A stretch of 64,000 nt of DNA. Origin: an uncultured Bacteroidota bacterium (lineage in GTDB: Bacteria > Bacteroidota > Bacteroidia > Bacteroidales > SZUA-534). The DNA is taken from positions 2,040 to 66,039 of the forward strand of contig CAMJCK010000016.1 in the NCBI GenBank assembly GCA_946404125.1. Reading direction: 5' to 3'. A program made the translations under genes and the position numbers. Shown here in pieces: positions 45,043 through 53,354 of the stretch. Within the stretch, counting starts at the first letter, position 1. Every line of letters starts with the position of its first letter. A model generated the notes under the pieces. That model worked only from the letters and a program-made list of their open reading frames with translations. It was not told the origin of the DNA and ran no database searches.

Positions 45043-48000
45043 TTATTGTTTGACAATCCGTACAATAACTGGCTTTTGCCCGTAAATGCTGATTTTTGCA
45101 AAATACAAGCCTGTCGACCAATGTTCTGCAATACTGCTAATATCGACACTATGAGTACCTGTTTCGTACCAATCATCGGCCACGACAGCCATCTTAAAGC
45201 CTGTCGCGGCATACAATTCAACAAGCACATCGCCATCAATGGTCTGTTCCCAAATAATGGCCGCAGCGCTGCGTACAGGGTTCGGATGGCACATTGCATA
45301 AACTTCCGGCACATCTTGTGCCTCAATATCAACAATGAACGAATTATCCACAATAGTGAAATCATTGTGCGAAGGATTAAACGTGCCGTTTGCAGAGCCT
45401 GGTGTTCCGTGCAAATCATTGTCGCTCCAGAGTTTATAATTGGCGTTGTCGGCAAACGGGTCGGTCAGAGCCAATGTGCGACCGGTGCCGTCGGCATCGC
45501 CCCACGATTTTGCATATTCAATCTCATCAACAAGATTGCCTTCTGAATCAAGCAACTGCACTTTGTCGGTTTTCCCGAGACCAAACTCAAAATCGCCAAC
45601 AACGCTTACTCCAGTCAAATTAGGATTCAACTTTATCAGTTTGTTCTGATTCGAGCTGACAACCAAATAACCGTAGGGCGGAATTATTGTTCCCGCCGGA
45701 ATGGTAAAGGCCTCTTCCGGACTCCCGGCGCTGATTTTCCAACCCGCGAGATTGATGCCCGCTGAGGTCGTATTATAAAGCTCAATCCAATCCTTTGTAT
45801 CAAAATCGTCGGCCGATTTATAGTTTATCTCATTGATTACAACATTGTTAAAATCAGAATCATCTGCCTCGAAAATCGCTGTGTATTTTGATGTTGTGGC
45901 AAGTGTAACGCTAATTCCCTCGCATTCGCCCGCGTTATTACCGTCGGCATCCTCCCAATGCGAGAATTTGTAACCCGGACGAGCCACCGCACGAATCGAG
46001 ATTGGCACATTTTTGAAATACGTACCGCTCCACGGGAATTTCTTCAGCGTGAGCGAGTTAAGTTGCACATAACCGGCTTTTGCGTCACTGGTGCTGATTG
46101 TAACCTTGACATCGGCGCCCACATTGAAATGCTTACGCAGATGGTCTCGCACATTTTGTGGACGCTTCTTGGCGAACTCTTTCATTCCGTTGCCATCGTT
46201 GGTGCCCTTGCCCCAGCGCTGGTTATGCGAGCCAATTTCTGTTGATATGTTATCGAACAAGCTATCAATCAAATGATTGATATTTTTCTGCAAAAACTCA
46301 TTATTCATACGATCGGCAAAACGGTTGGCAAGCTCGTTTTTGAATTGCTTGTTCTTTGCCAGATTACGGAACAGTTTGTTGGCCCAGGTATTGCCGTGCT
46401 GGTCTTTCTCGCTCAGGCAGGTTGCCAGCTTGTCGTCGCCCGACTGGTCGCTCCAAATTGAATAGCACTGATCGGTGTCGAAAAGGAACCAGCGCCAGCG
46501 GCCGCCAGCCTTCTTCGATTTCCACATCTTCACATTATTGTGCGGCCAGTCGTTGTTCGAGCCGAAAATCTCCGACACAATATACTCCATATACTCATCC
46601 ATATCCATAACCGACTTTATGTACAGATAGCTGGCATCCGTACTCATATCGTTCGACTCAACGTAGCTAATCAGCGCGTCATAAGCCTTCATATCGCCCT
46701 CTTTGGCCGACATATCTTTTGTAACATCACTTGCCACAATCAGGTCAACCTTGTCGTGGTCGACGTGCGGATAGTGCTCCTCAATGTAATGCTCGTTAAT
46801 CTTTTCACGGATGTTCAGAATGCCGTAATATTCGCCGTTCAAGAATACAACTGCCGGCTGATAGGCCTGAATGTCGATGTTTGTGCCGGCCACAAGGTGC
46901 GTAATCATAGCATCACGGAAGTGCGTGCCGCCAAAATCGTTGCCCGAGTTGCGCAGCGTGAAAGCCTTGAAGCGTGTCAGGTCGAGCTCATCGAAAATCT
47001 TCGCATCAAAATATTTCTTTCCATACGAGCTACGTGCGTGAATGGAAAGCGATTTCTGGTCGTTCATACGGCTGTAGGCTCCCGCAACCTGCACTCCGGC
47101 ATCCTGGTCAACAATTTTTTCCCCGTCTTTGTAAATCTCAACGTGAATGGGCTTTTCCCAATCGTTGTAATAGTTCGCGCGGCGCGGAGTTGCATTCAAG
47201 TCGGCATTCGGGCCCTCAACAATAAGGCCGGTGTTGTAATCCCACAGATTATCGGGAGCTGTTGTGAGCGAAACCACGGGCAAATCGAAAGTCGACGAGT
47301 GGCTGAGCGTTTTGTTCGGGTCAACCTTAGTGGTTTGTTGGCCGCCGCCCCAGCCGCCCCAGCCGCCCCACGACTGCTCGGTTGTGATGGGTTTGCCCTG
47401 CTTGTCGCGATTGACCCAGCGCAGTCTCTTGCCAAAAATGTAGCTTTGCGTTGCCGGCTGTGCGGGCAGCATATCGTCGTTGAACGTGATGGCCCGGATA
47501 ATTGTTGTCGTGTCAACGGTTATCGGCCCGGTGTATTTCTTCGATTTCGAGGTAGGAACAGTGCAATCGAGCGTATAATATATCGACGAGTTTCCGCTTG
47601 TCGACAGCGTGATTGTCACTTTCGATGTTTTCACACCGCCTTCCGGCGATATTGTAACTTGCGGTGTCTCTGCCGATTCGAACGCTTTGGTTGTGTTTGC
47701 CGCGCCCGGAGTTGGCTGTGCAAAAAACACCCATTTGCCATTGCCATCGGGACTCAAACCGCGGCTTACATCGTTCGGAACTACAAGCGTATCAGCCTGA
47801 TGGACTATCTTTCCGGAAGCATCGCTCAGGTAAAACGCCTCACCTTCCGACGAGATGTTGAAATTTGTGTGCAGAAATTTGCCGTCGGCAACTTCTTTCA
47901 AATCCTTACTCGACGCAAAAACTTTCAAATAACCGCCAGCCTTAATCGTGACTGCCGGAAATGTCCATTTGGCAAGATTATCGGCCTTGTCTGACAAGTG

Positions 48001-48177
48001 CCAGCCTTCAAGATTAACATCTGCCGACGAAGTGTTCAACAACTCAATCCAGTCGTTGCTATCGCCATATTCGTCAAGAAAAGAAGTTGAGTTTGCACAA
48101 TACTCATTGATTACAATTTGTGCGTTGGCTGCCATTGCGGTCAAAACCGAAAAGGCGAGCAGTTGAATTTTTTTCAT
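45043..48177 (-). CDS. CotH-kinase-family protein, paralogue 2 (LTD, Fn3-associated, CotH, InlB-B-like, LTD, T9SS sorting domain)
   Basis: Start placed at 'MKKIQLLAFSVLTAMAANAQ'. Same motif series as paralogue 1, including 'GGRWRWFLFDTD'. C-terminus 'HPNPVRS...GLYFAKISIYG...VRIVKQ'. Confidence 0.8.
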   Translation of the reverse strand: MKKIQLLAFSVLTAMAANAQIVINEYCANSTSFLDEYGDSNDWIELLNTSSADVNLEGWHLSDKADNLAKWTFPAVTIKAGGYLKVFASSKDLKEVADGKFLHTNFNISSEGEAFYLSDASGKIVHQADTLVVPNDVSRGLSPDGNGKWVFFAQPTPGAANTTKAFESAETPQVTISPEGGVKTSKVTITLSTSGNSSIYYTLDCTVPTSKSKKYTGPITVDTTTIIRAITFNDDMLPAQPATQSYIFGKRLRWVNRDKQGKPITTEQSWGGWGGWGGGQQTTKVDPNKTLSHSSTFDLPVVSLTTAPDNLWDYNTGLIVEGPNADLNATPRRANYYNDWEKPIHVEIYKDGEKIVDQDAGVQVAGAYSRMNDQKSLSIHARSSYGKKYFDAKIFDELDLTRFKAFTLRNSGNDFGGTHFRDAMITHLVAGTNIDIQAYQPAVVFLNGEYYGILNIREKINEHYIEEHYPHVDHDKVDLIVASDVTKDMSAKEGDMKAYDALISYVESNDMSTDASYLYIKSVMDMDEYMEYIVSEIFGSNNDWPHNNVKMWKSKKAGGRWRWFLFDTDQCYSIWSDQSGDDKLATCLSEKDQHGNTWANKLFRNLAKNKQFKNELANRFADRMNNEFLQKNINHLIDSLFDNISTEIGSHNQRWGKGTNDGNGMKEFAKKRPQNVRDHLRKHFNVGADVKVTISTSDAKAGYVQLNSLTLKKFPWSGTYFKNVPISIRAVARPGYKFSHWEDADGNNAGECEGISVTLATTSKYTAIFEADDSDFNNVVINEINYKSADDFDTKDWIELYNTTSAGINLAGWKISAGSPEEAFTIPAGTIIPPYGYLVVSSNQNKLIKLNPNLTGVSVVGDFEFGLGKTDKVQLLDSEGNLVDEIEYAKSWGDADGTGRTLALTDPFADNANYKLWSDNDLHGTPGSANGTFNPSHNDFTIVDNSFIVDIEAQDVPEVYAMCHPNPVRSAAAIIWEQTIDGDVLVELYAATGFKMAVVADDWYETGTHSVDISSIAEHWSTGLYFAKISIYGQKPVIVRIVKQ

Positions 48178-48201
48178 TATTACGTAGTTTTCTAAAACGC
48201 G

Positions 48202-48209
48202 CAAATGTA
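48202..48209 (-). promoter_or_regulatory. -7 box (TACATTTG on minus strand) for CotH paralogue 2
   Basis: CAAATGTA on the plus strand, 25-32 nt upstream of the ATG at 48177. Confidence 0.45.
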
Positions 48210-48285
48210 GCACTTAAATAGAACGGGCAAAGTTTTTTGTGCCCGAATTATCAGCAACAGAGTGTGAAATAGTCGGTGAAAAACA

Positions 48286-48329
48286 ATAAAAAAAACATCG
48301 GCAACCAGCCATTTGGCCAACTGCCGATG
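48286..48329 (-). terminator. Rho-independent terminator after CotH paralogue 3
   Basis: The minus strand reads CATCGGCA-(18 nt)-TGCCGATG followed by T8-10. Confidence 0.7.
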
Positions 48330-48354
48330 CAAATAAAAGTACTGATTACTTTTG

Positions 48355-51300
48355 TTATTGCTTGACAATCCGCAAGTTAACCGGTGCTTGTCCGCCGATA
48401 CTGATTCGAGCGACATACATTCCCGGTATGCAGTTGCTGATGGCGCGACTAATGTCGATTTGCTGCTGACCTTGTGCGAACCACTCGTCACAAATTAGCG
48501 CCACGCAGTTGCCAAAGGCATTGAACAGCTCAATCCGGACGTCGGCGTCAGAGGTTTGCTGCCATACGAGCGTTGCCTCGCTGCTAACAGGGTTCGGGTA
48601 GCACACGGCCGACGCATTGGCCGCCAGAGCCTCGGTTATGTCAACAAAAATCTTCTCGTTGGCGCTGAAATCGCTACGCGATGGACTAAACGTGCCGTTC
48701 TGCGCGCCTGGTGTGCCGTGAATGTCGTTGGCGTTCCACAACTTATAGTTGGTGTTGTCGGCAAACGGGTCGGCAAGCGCAATGGTTTTGCCAGTTCCGT
48801 TGGCGTCGCCCCACGATTTCGCATACTCAACCTCATCAATCAGATGGCCTTCGGAATCAAATAGTTGCACTTTATCCTCCTTGCCCAATCCGAAAGTGAA
48901 ATCGCCCACATAGTTTGCTACTCCGGGATTGAATTTGAGCAGTTTGTTCTGGTTGGCGCAAACAACCAGATAGCCGTAAGCATCAATTGTTGTACCGACT
49001 GGCATTGTGAAGGCCTCGTCAGCCTCGCCGTCGAGCAGTTTCCAACCCGAAACGTTGATAACGGCCGCTGTAGTGTTGTAAAGCTCAATCCAGTCTTTGG
49101 TGTCGAAATCGTCGGCCGATTTGTAGTTTATCTCGTTTATAACCACGCTGTTAAATGCGGCATTTGCATCTTTTTCAAAAACGGCGTTAATGGTTGCATC
49201 GTTGTCCAAGGTGACCTCAATGCCGGCACTGGTGCTTGCAGGCAGACCACCGCTAAATTCCCAACGCACAAACTTGTAGCCCGGCCGCGCCACTGCCCGC
49301 AGTTCCACCGGGACATTGGTGAAATAGCTTCCCTTCCAAGGGAATTCCTTCAGTGTCAGCGAGTTGAGCTCGACATAACCAGCCTTGCTGTCGTTGGAGT
49401 TAAGCGTTACATCAACATCGTCGCCAACATCGAAACTCTTGCGCAGGTGTTTGCGCATATTGGCGGGACGCGACTTGGCAAAGTCCTTCATTATGCTGCC
49501 ATCATCGCCACTGTTCCAAAGATAGTCGTGATAGGGCAATTCGCTTCTGATGTTATTGAACAAACTGTCAATCAAATGGTTGATGTTTGCCGGCAGAAAC
49601 TCCCGGTTCATCCTATCGGCAAAACGGTTGGCCAGTTTGTTGCGGAACGTGGTGTTTTTCACCAAATTGCGCAACAAGACATTTGACCAAGTATCGCCGT
49701 TCTTGCCTTTTTCCGTCAGGCATTTTTCCAACTTGTCGTAAGTGACCAAGTCAACATCGCGCCCCCAAATGTTATATGACTGGTCGGTGTCGTAGAGCAT
49801 CCAGCGCCAGCGGCCGCCGTTTTTCTTCGACTTCCACATCTTAACATTGTTGTGCGGCCAGTCGTCGTTGCCGCCGTAAATTTCCGAAACCAGATACTCA
49901 ACATACTCATCCACATCGATTTGCGCGGCCACCTTCTGATAGTTGGAATCATCGGTCAAATCGTGCGACTGGATGAAATCCATCATCGCATTGTAATCGG
50001 TCAAATCGCCTTCTGATGCTGTCACTCCATTGCCTTTTCCTGCCAAAAGGTCCACTTTGTCGTGGTCAACGTGCGGATAGTGGCTCTCTATGTAATACTC
50101 ATTCAGTTTCTCGCGCATATTCAAAATGCCCCAAAACTCACCGTTAAGATAGACAATGGCCGGCTGATATGCCTGAATATCAATGTTATTCGCAGCAACA
50201 AGATGCGTAATCATCGCATCGCGGTAGAAAGTGCTGTTTGCGTCGTTACCCGAATCGCGCAGAACGAACGATTTGAAACGGGTAATGTCGAGCTCATCGA
50301 ACAATTTAGTTTCAAAATACTTCTTTCCGTAGGCGTTGCGCGCGTGCAGAGAAAACGATTTCTGATTATTGCTCTGGCTCCAGGCGCCTGCGATTTGTAT
50401 GCCAGCATCCTGGTCGAGCCGCTTCGAGCCATCGGTCCAATAAAGCTCCACGTGAACCGGACGCTCCCAATCCTGATGGAAATTGGCGCCATAATAAGGC
50501 TCATCGTATTCGGCATTCGGCCCGGCCACGTAAATACCTGTATTCCAATCCCACAGATTATCCGGATTGGTTGTAAGTGAAACCACCGGCAGGGTGAAAT
50601 TCGGCGAATGCTCCAAAACAAGATGGGGACCGTAGTGCACTGTTGTGTCGTGAGTTATTTCTCTTATATCGCCTCCATTGCGCAAAAACTCAGTCGCCTC
50701 CTCTTCCGTTATACCTGCATTTAATGCCGCATTTTGATACGTTATTGTTGTGTCAACAATGTGGCCGTCCCACAAATCACGTCTGAGCACGTGCAGCCTT
50801 TTCGGGAAAATGTAAGTTTGAGTCGAAGGCTGGCCGGGCATCAAATTGCTGTTGAATGTTGTGGCGCGGATGACAATTGTCGAGTCAACTGCGATTGGGC
50901 CGGTGTAGAGCAGCGATTTGTCGGTTGGCTCGGTGCAGTCGAGCGTGTAATATATAGGTGTGTTGCCCTCGGTTGAGAGTGTTACGGTCAGCGCCGATGA
51001 TTGGAAACCGCCTTCGGGCGAGAATTTCACGCTTGTGGTTGCCGATGTGGCGAAGGCTTTGGTAGTGTTGGCCTTGCCTGGCGTTGGCTCGGCAAAGAAC
51101 GCCCAGTTGCCTATGCCATCAGGATTCAAGCCCCGGCTGGCATTGCACGGAACCGGCACAGAATCAGTCTGATGCACAATGGCGCCAGCAGCGTTTGCCA
51201 AGTAAACAGCCTCGCCGTCCGACGAGATGTTGAAGTTGGTGTGCAGATACTTTTTGCCGGCCGCGATGGTGGTCAAATCTTTGCCCGAAGCCATAACCAG

Positions 51301-51561
51301 CAGATAGCCGTTGGCCGCGATTTTCACCGATGGGAAGGTCCATTTGGCAAGATTGTCCTTGTTGTCCGACAAGCGCCAGCCCTTCAAATCAACTTCGGCA
51401 GACGATGTGTTGTAAAGCTCAATCCAATCCGACTCTTCGTTGTAATCATCTAAAAACGTGGATGTTGTCGAGCTGTACTCGTTAATCACGATTTGTGCGT
51501 TGGTGTTTGCACAAAAAAGCAGTGTTGCAGCGATTGCCGCAAAGTGTAGTGGTTTGTTCAT
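48355..51561 (-). CDS. CotH-kinase-family protein, paralogue 3 (LTD, Fn3-associated, CotH, InlB-B-like, LTD, T9SS sorting domain)
   Basis: Signal peptide 'MNKPLHFAAIAATLLFCANTNAQ'. Same motif series, including 'GGRWRWMLYDTD'. C-terminus 'YPNPVSS...GMYVARISIGG...LRIVKQ'. Confidence 0.8.
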   Translation of the reverse strand: MNKPLHFAAIAATLLFCANTNAQIVINEYSSTTSTFLDDYNEESDWIELYNTSSAEVDLKGWRLSDNKDNLAKWTFPSVKIAANGYLLVMASGKDLTTIAAGKKYLHTNFNISSDGEAVYLANAAGAIVHQTDSVPVPCNASRGLNPDGIGNWAFFAEPTPGKANTTKAFATSATTSVKFSPEGGFQSSALTVTLSTEGNTPIYYTLDCTEPTDKSLLYTGPIAVDSTIVIRATTFNSNLMPGQPSTQTYIFPKRLHVLRRDLWDGHIVDTTITYQNAALNAGITEEEATEFLRNGGDIREITHDTTVHYGPHLVLEHSPNFTLPVVSLTTNPDNLWDWNTGIYVAGPNAEYDEPYYGANFHQDWERPVHVELYWTDGSKRLDQDAGIQIAGAWSQSNNQKSFSLHARNAYGKKYFETKLFDELDITRFKSFVLRDSGNDANSTFYRDAMITHLVAANNIDIQAYQPAIVYLNGEFWGILNMREKLNEYYIESHYPHVDHDKVDLLAGKGNGVTASEGDLTDYNAMMDFIQSHDLTDDSNYQKVAAQIDVDEYVEYLVSEIYGGNDDWPHNNVKMWKSKKNGGRWRWMLYDTDQSYNIWGRDVDLVTYDKLEKCLTEKGKNGDTWSNVLLRNLVKNTTFRNKLANRFADRMNREFLPANINHLIDSLFNNIRSELPYHDYLWNSGDDGSIMKDFAKSRPANMRKHLRKSFDVGDDVDVTLNSNDSKAGYVELNSLTLKEFPWKGSYFTNVPVELRAVARPGYKFVRWEFSGGLPASTSAGIEVTLDNDATINAVFEKDANAAFNSVVINEINYKSADDFDTKDWIELYNTTAAVINVSGWKLLDGEADEAFTMPVGTTIDAYGYLVVCANQNKLLKFNPGVANYVGDFTFGLGKEDKVQLFDSEGHLIDEVEYAKSWGDANGTGKTIALADPFADNTNYKLWNANDIHGTPGAQNGTFSPSRSDFSANEKIFVDITEALAANASAVCYPNPVSSEATLVWQQTSDADVRIELFNAFGNCVALICDEWFAQGQQQIDISRAISNCIPGMYVARISIGGQAPVNLRIVKQ

Positions 51562-51703
51562 ATTAATATGTGTTAGTTAGTAATGCCAAAACGTTTGTCA
51601 TACATCATATAGACATACTTTTTGACTGTTTGTTACATACCCAAAGGCATTTTTTTCAAAAAAAAGTGATGTGATTAACACAAACCACCGAATCAGCTGA
51701 TTA

Positions 51704-52348
51704 TCAGCCTTTATTGACGTGGCGGCGGAGCTTGCGCATATTGTTCAGGAAAGTCTTGCGCACTATCGGGTCCTGCGCCCACTGCGGATATTTGTTCGGC
51801 TGAGTGGATTGTGTGGTGAAATTCACGCTGACGGTGTTCTCGCTCACCGGCGTAATCTCCCAACGAGCACTGAAAGTGTCGAGTCGCTCGATGTTTTTCT
51901 TCTTGGCAATCAGGTTGTTTTGCTGACGGATATTAAGAATTATGCGGTCGCCAACCCTCTCAACCTCATATTTCGAAACAATGTCCTGCTTGCCGATGGG
52001 CCACGGGGCGTCGAGCAGAGTGTAAACAAACCATTCGGTATTGCTTTTGCGGCTGATGACGTAGCTGTTCTCAACATTGCTCATCCAGATTTGGGTTTTG
52101 CTGGCATCGGAAAGAATGGCAAGAATATCCTCGGGCTTGCACTTCAGCACCATTTTGCCCGAACGCTCGCGGGCACGCTGCTTGTCAACCGACACCCAAC
52201 GCTCAAAAACCTTGATATTGCAAACTTTATCTTCTGTAACCAACGCCCAATCGCTGTCGTTGTCCGACTCGTCGGCGAATACAAAATTGGCAGAAACAAT
52301 ACTGATTAACAGAAAGATATATTTAAAAATACAAGTCTGCGTCTTCAT
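51704..52348 (-). CDS. secreted START/SRPBCC-like (lipid-binding fold) protein
   Basis: Signal peptide 'YIFLLISIVSANFVFA'. START-like pattern 'W.LV...... IKVFER ... ILAILSD...QIWM ... YTLLDAPWPIGKQDIV'. Fold call is from pattern only. Confidence 0.5.
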   Translation of the reverse strand: MKTQTCIFKYIFLLISIVSANFVFADESDNDSDWALVTEDKVCNIKVFERWVSVDKQRARERSGKMVLKCKPEDILAILSDASKTQIWMSNVENSYVISRKSNTEWFVYTLLDAPWPIGKQDIVSKYEVERVGDRIILNIRQQNNLIAKKKNIERLDTFSARWEITPVSENTVSVNFTTQSTQPNKYPQWAQDPIVRKTFLNNMRKLRRHVNKG

Positions 52349-52370
52349 TTTTTCTTCTCACAAAACGGGG

Positions 52371-52378
52371 CAAATTTA
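52371..52378 (-). promoter_or_regulatory. -7 box (TAAATTTG on minus strand) for the START-like gene
   Basis: CAAATTTA on the plus strand, 23-30 nt upstream of the ATG at 52348. Confidence 0.45.
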
Positions 52379-52499
52379 GCAGATAATCTGACAATTGCAT
52401 AACAGGAACGTCGATTTTTCAACAATTAGCGGGGGTTTGCGCATCAGCCGCCAGCTTGCACAATACAATCCACACCTATAAAAATTCAAAAAGATAGTT

Positions 52500-52507
52500 T
52501 ACTTTTG
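52500..52507 (+). promoter_or_regulatory. -7 box TACTTTTG for the PASTA-T9SS-rluD-U32 operon
   Basis: Exact TAnnTTTG match 20 nt upstream of the ATG at 52527. Confidence 0.5.
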
Positions 52508-52526
52508 CCAAATCAACTTTTGAGCT

Positions 52527-53354
52527 ATGGATTTAATAGAGAAACTGAAAGATGCTGCGTTTTGGAAGCGCAACCTCATACGCGTTGGCAAGTTCGCCGG
52601 ATTCTATCTGGTTGTGTTTATTGCACTTGCCACTTTTTTGCGAATTTACACCCACCACGGGCATACAATCTCGGTGCCCGATTTCAAAGGCTTGAATTTG
52701 AACCGTGCAACGCAGATTGCCAAGCACGAGGATTTACAACTGCAAATAATCGACTCAACGTTCATCGACTATATGCCGAAGGGCTGCATTGTTGACCAGA
52801 ACCCGCGTCCGGGAACGCACGTCAAAAAGAACCGCACAATTTTCATCACCACCAATGCGTTTAACAGAGCGAAGGTTTCGGTGCCGAAAGTGGCCGGACT
52901 GTCGTATCGGCAGGGCAAGGCAACGCTTGAGATGCACGGCCTGCGGGTGGGTTCGCTCATTTATCGCCCCGATTTTGCTAAAAACAACATTCTGAAGCAG
53001 ATGCACAACGGAGAGGAAATTGCCGAAGGAACGCTCATCGACAAGGGATCGGGCATCGACCTTGTGCTGGGCGACGGCCACGGCGACAACGCCACTCCCC
53101 TGCCCGACCTGAAAGGTATGACGCAGTTTGAGGCCGTGAACGAGCTGAACAACGCCTATCTGAACGTTGGCAAGGTGGTGATTGAGAACGCCGCCACCAT
53201 CTCCGACTCGATGAACGCCCGCGTTTACCGTCAGGAACCGGCCTATTACGGACCCGGAGCGCGCGCCTCGTTGGGCGGAAAAATCGACATCTGGCTCAAG
53301 GCCGAGTCGCGAACCGAAACCGAAATTGGTGAATCAATCAATCTGGATGACTAA
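52527..53354 (+). CDS. membrane-anchored protein with three PASTA domains (no kinase or PBP module)
   Basis: N-terminal TM helix 'FAGFYLVVFIALATFL'. Three units beginning 'VPDFKGLNLNRA', 'VPKVAGLSYRQG' and 'LPDLKGMTQFEA'. Confidence 0.8.
   Translation: MDLIEKLKDAAFWKRNLIRVGKFAGFYLVVFIALATFLRIYTHHGHTISVPDFKGLNLNRATQIAKHEDLQLQIIDSTFIDYMPKGCIVDQNPRPGTHVKKNRTIFITTNAFNRAKVSVPKVAGLSYRQGKATLEMHGLRVGSLIYRPDFAKNNILKQMHNGEEIAEGTLIDKGSGIDLVLGDGHGDNATPLPDLKGMTQFEAVNELNNAYLNVGKVVIENAATISDSMNARVYRQEPAYYGPGARASLGGKIDIWLKAESRTETEIGESINLDD

Noticed and set aside
46540-47994. Long antisense ORFs opposite real genes. Examples: 46540..47994 (484 aa), 61107..62321 (404 aa), 2949..4004 (351 aa), 54295..55125 (276 aa), 55416..56135 (239 aa), 1516..2211 (231 aa), 13358..14023 (221 aa), 709..1350 (213 aa).
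   Set aside because: Each lies fully opposite a CDS with clear family motifs. Their translations are low-complexity (R/A/V/G-rich) with no motifs or signal peptides. They are the usual by-product of codon bias on the opposite strand.
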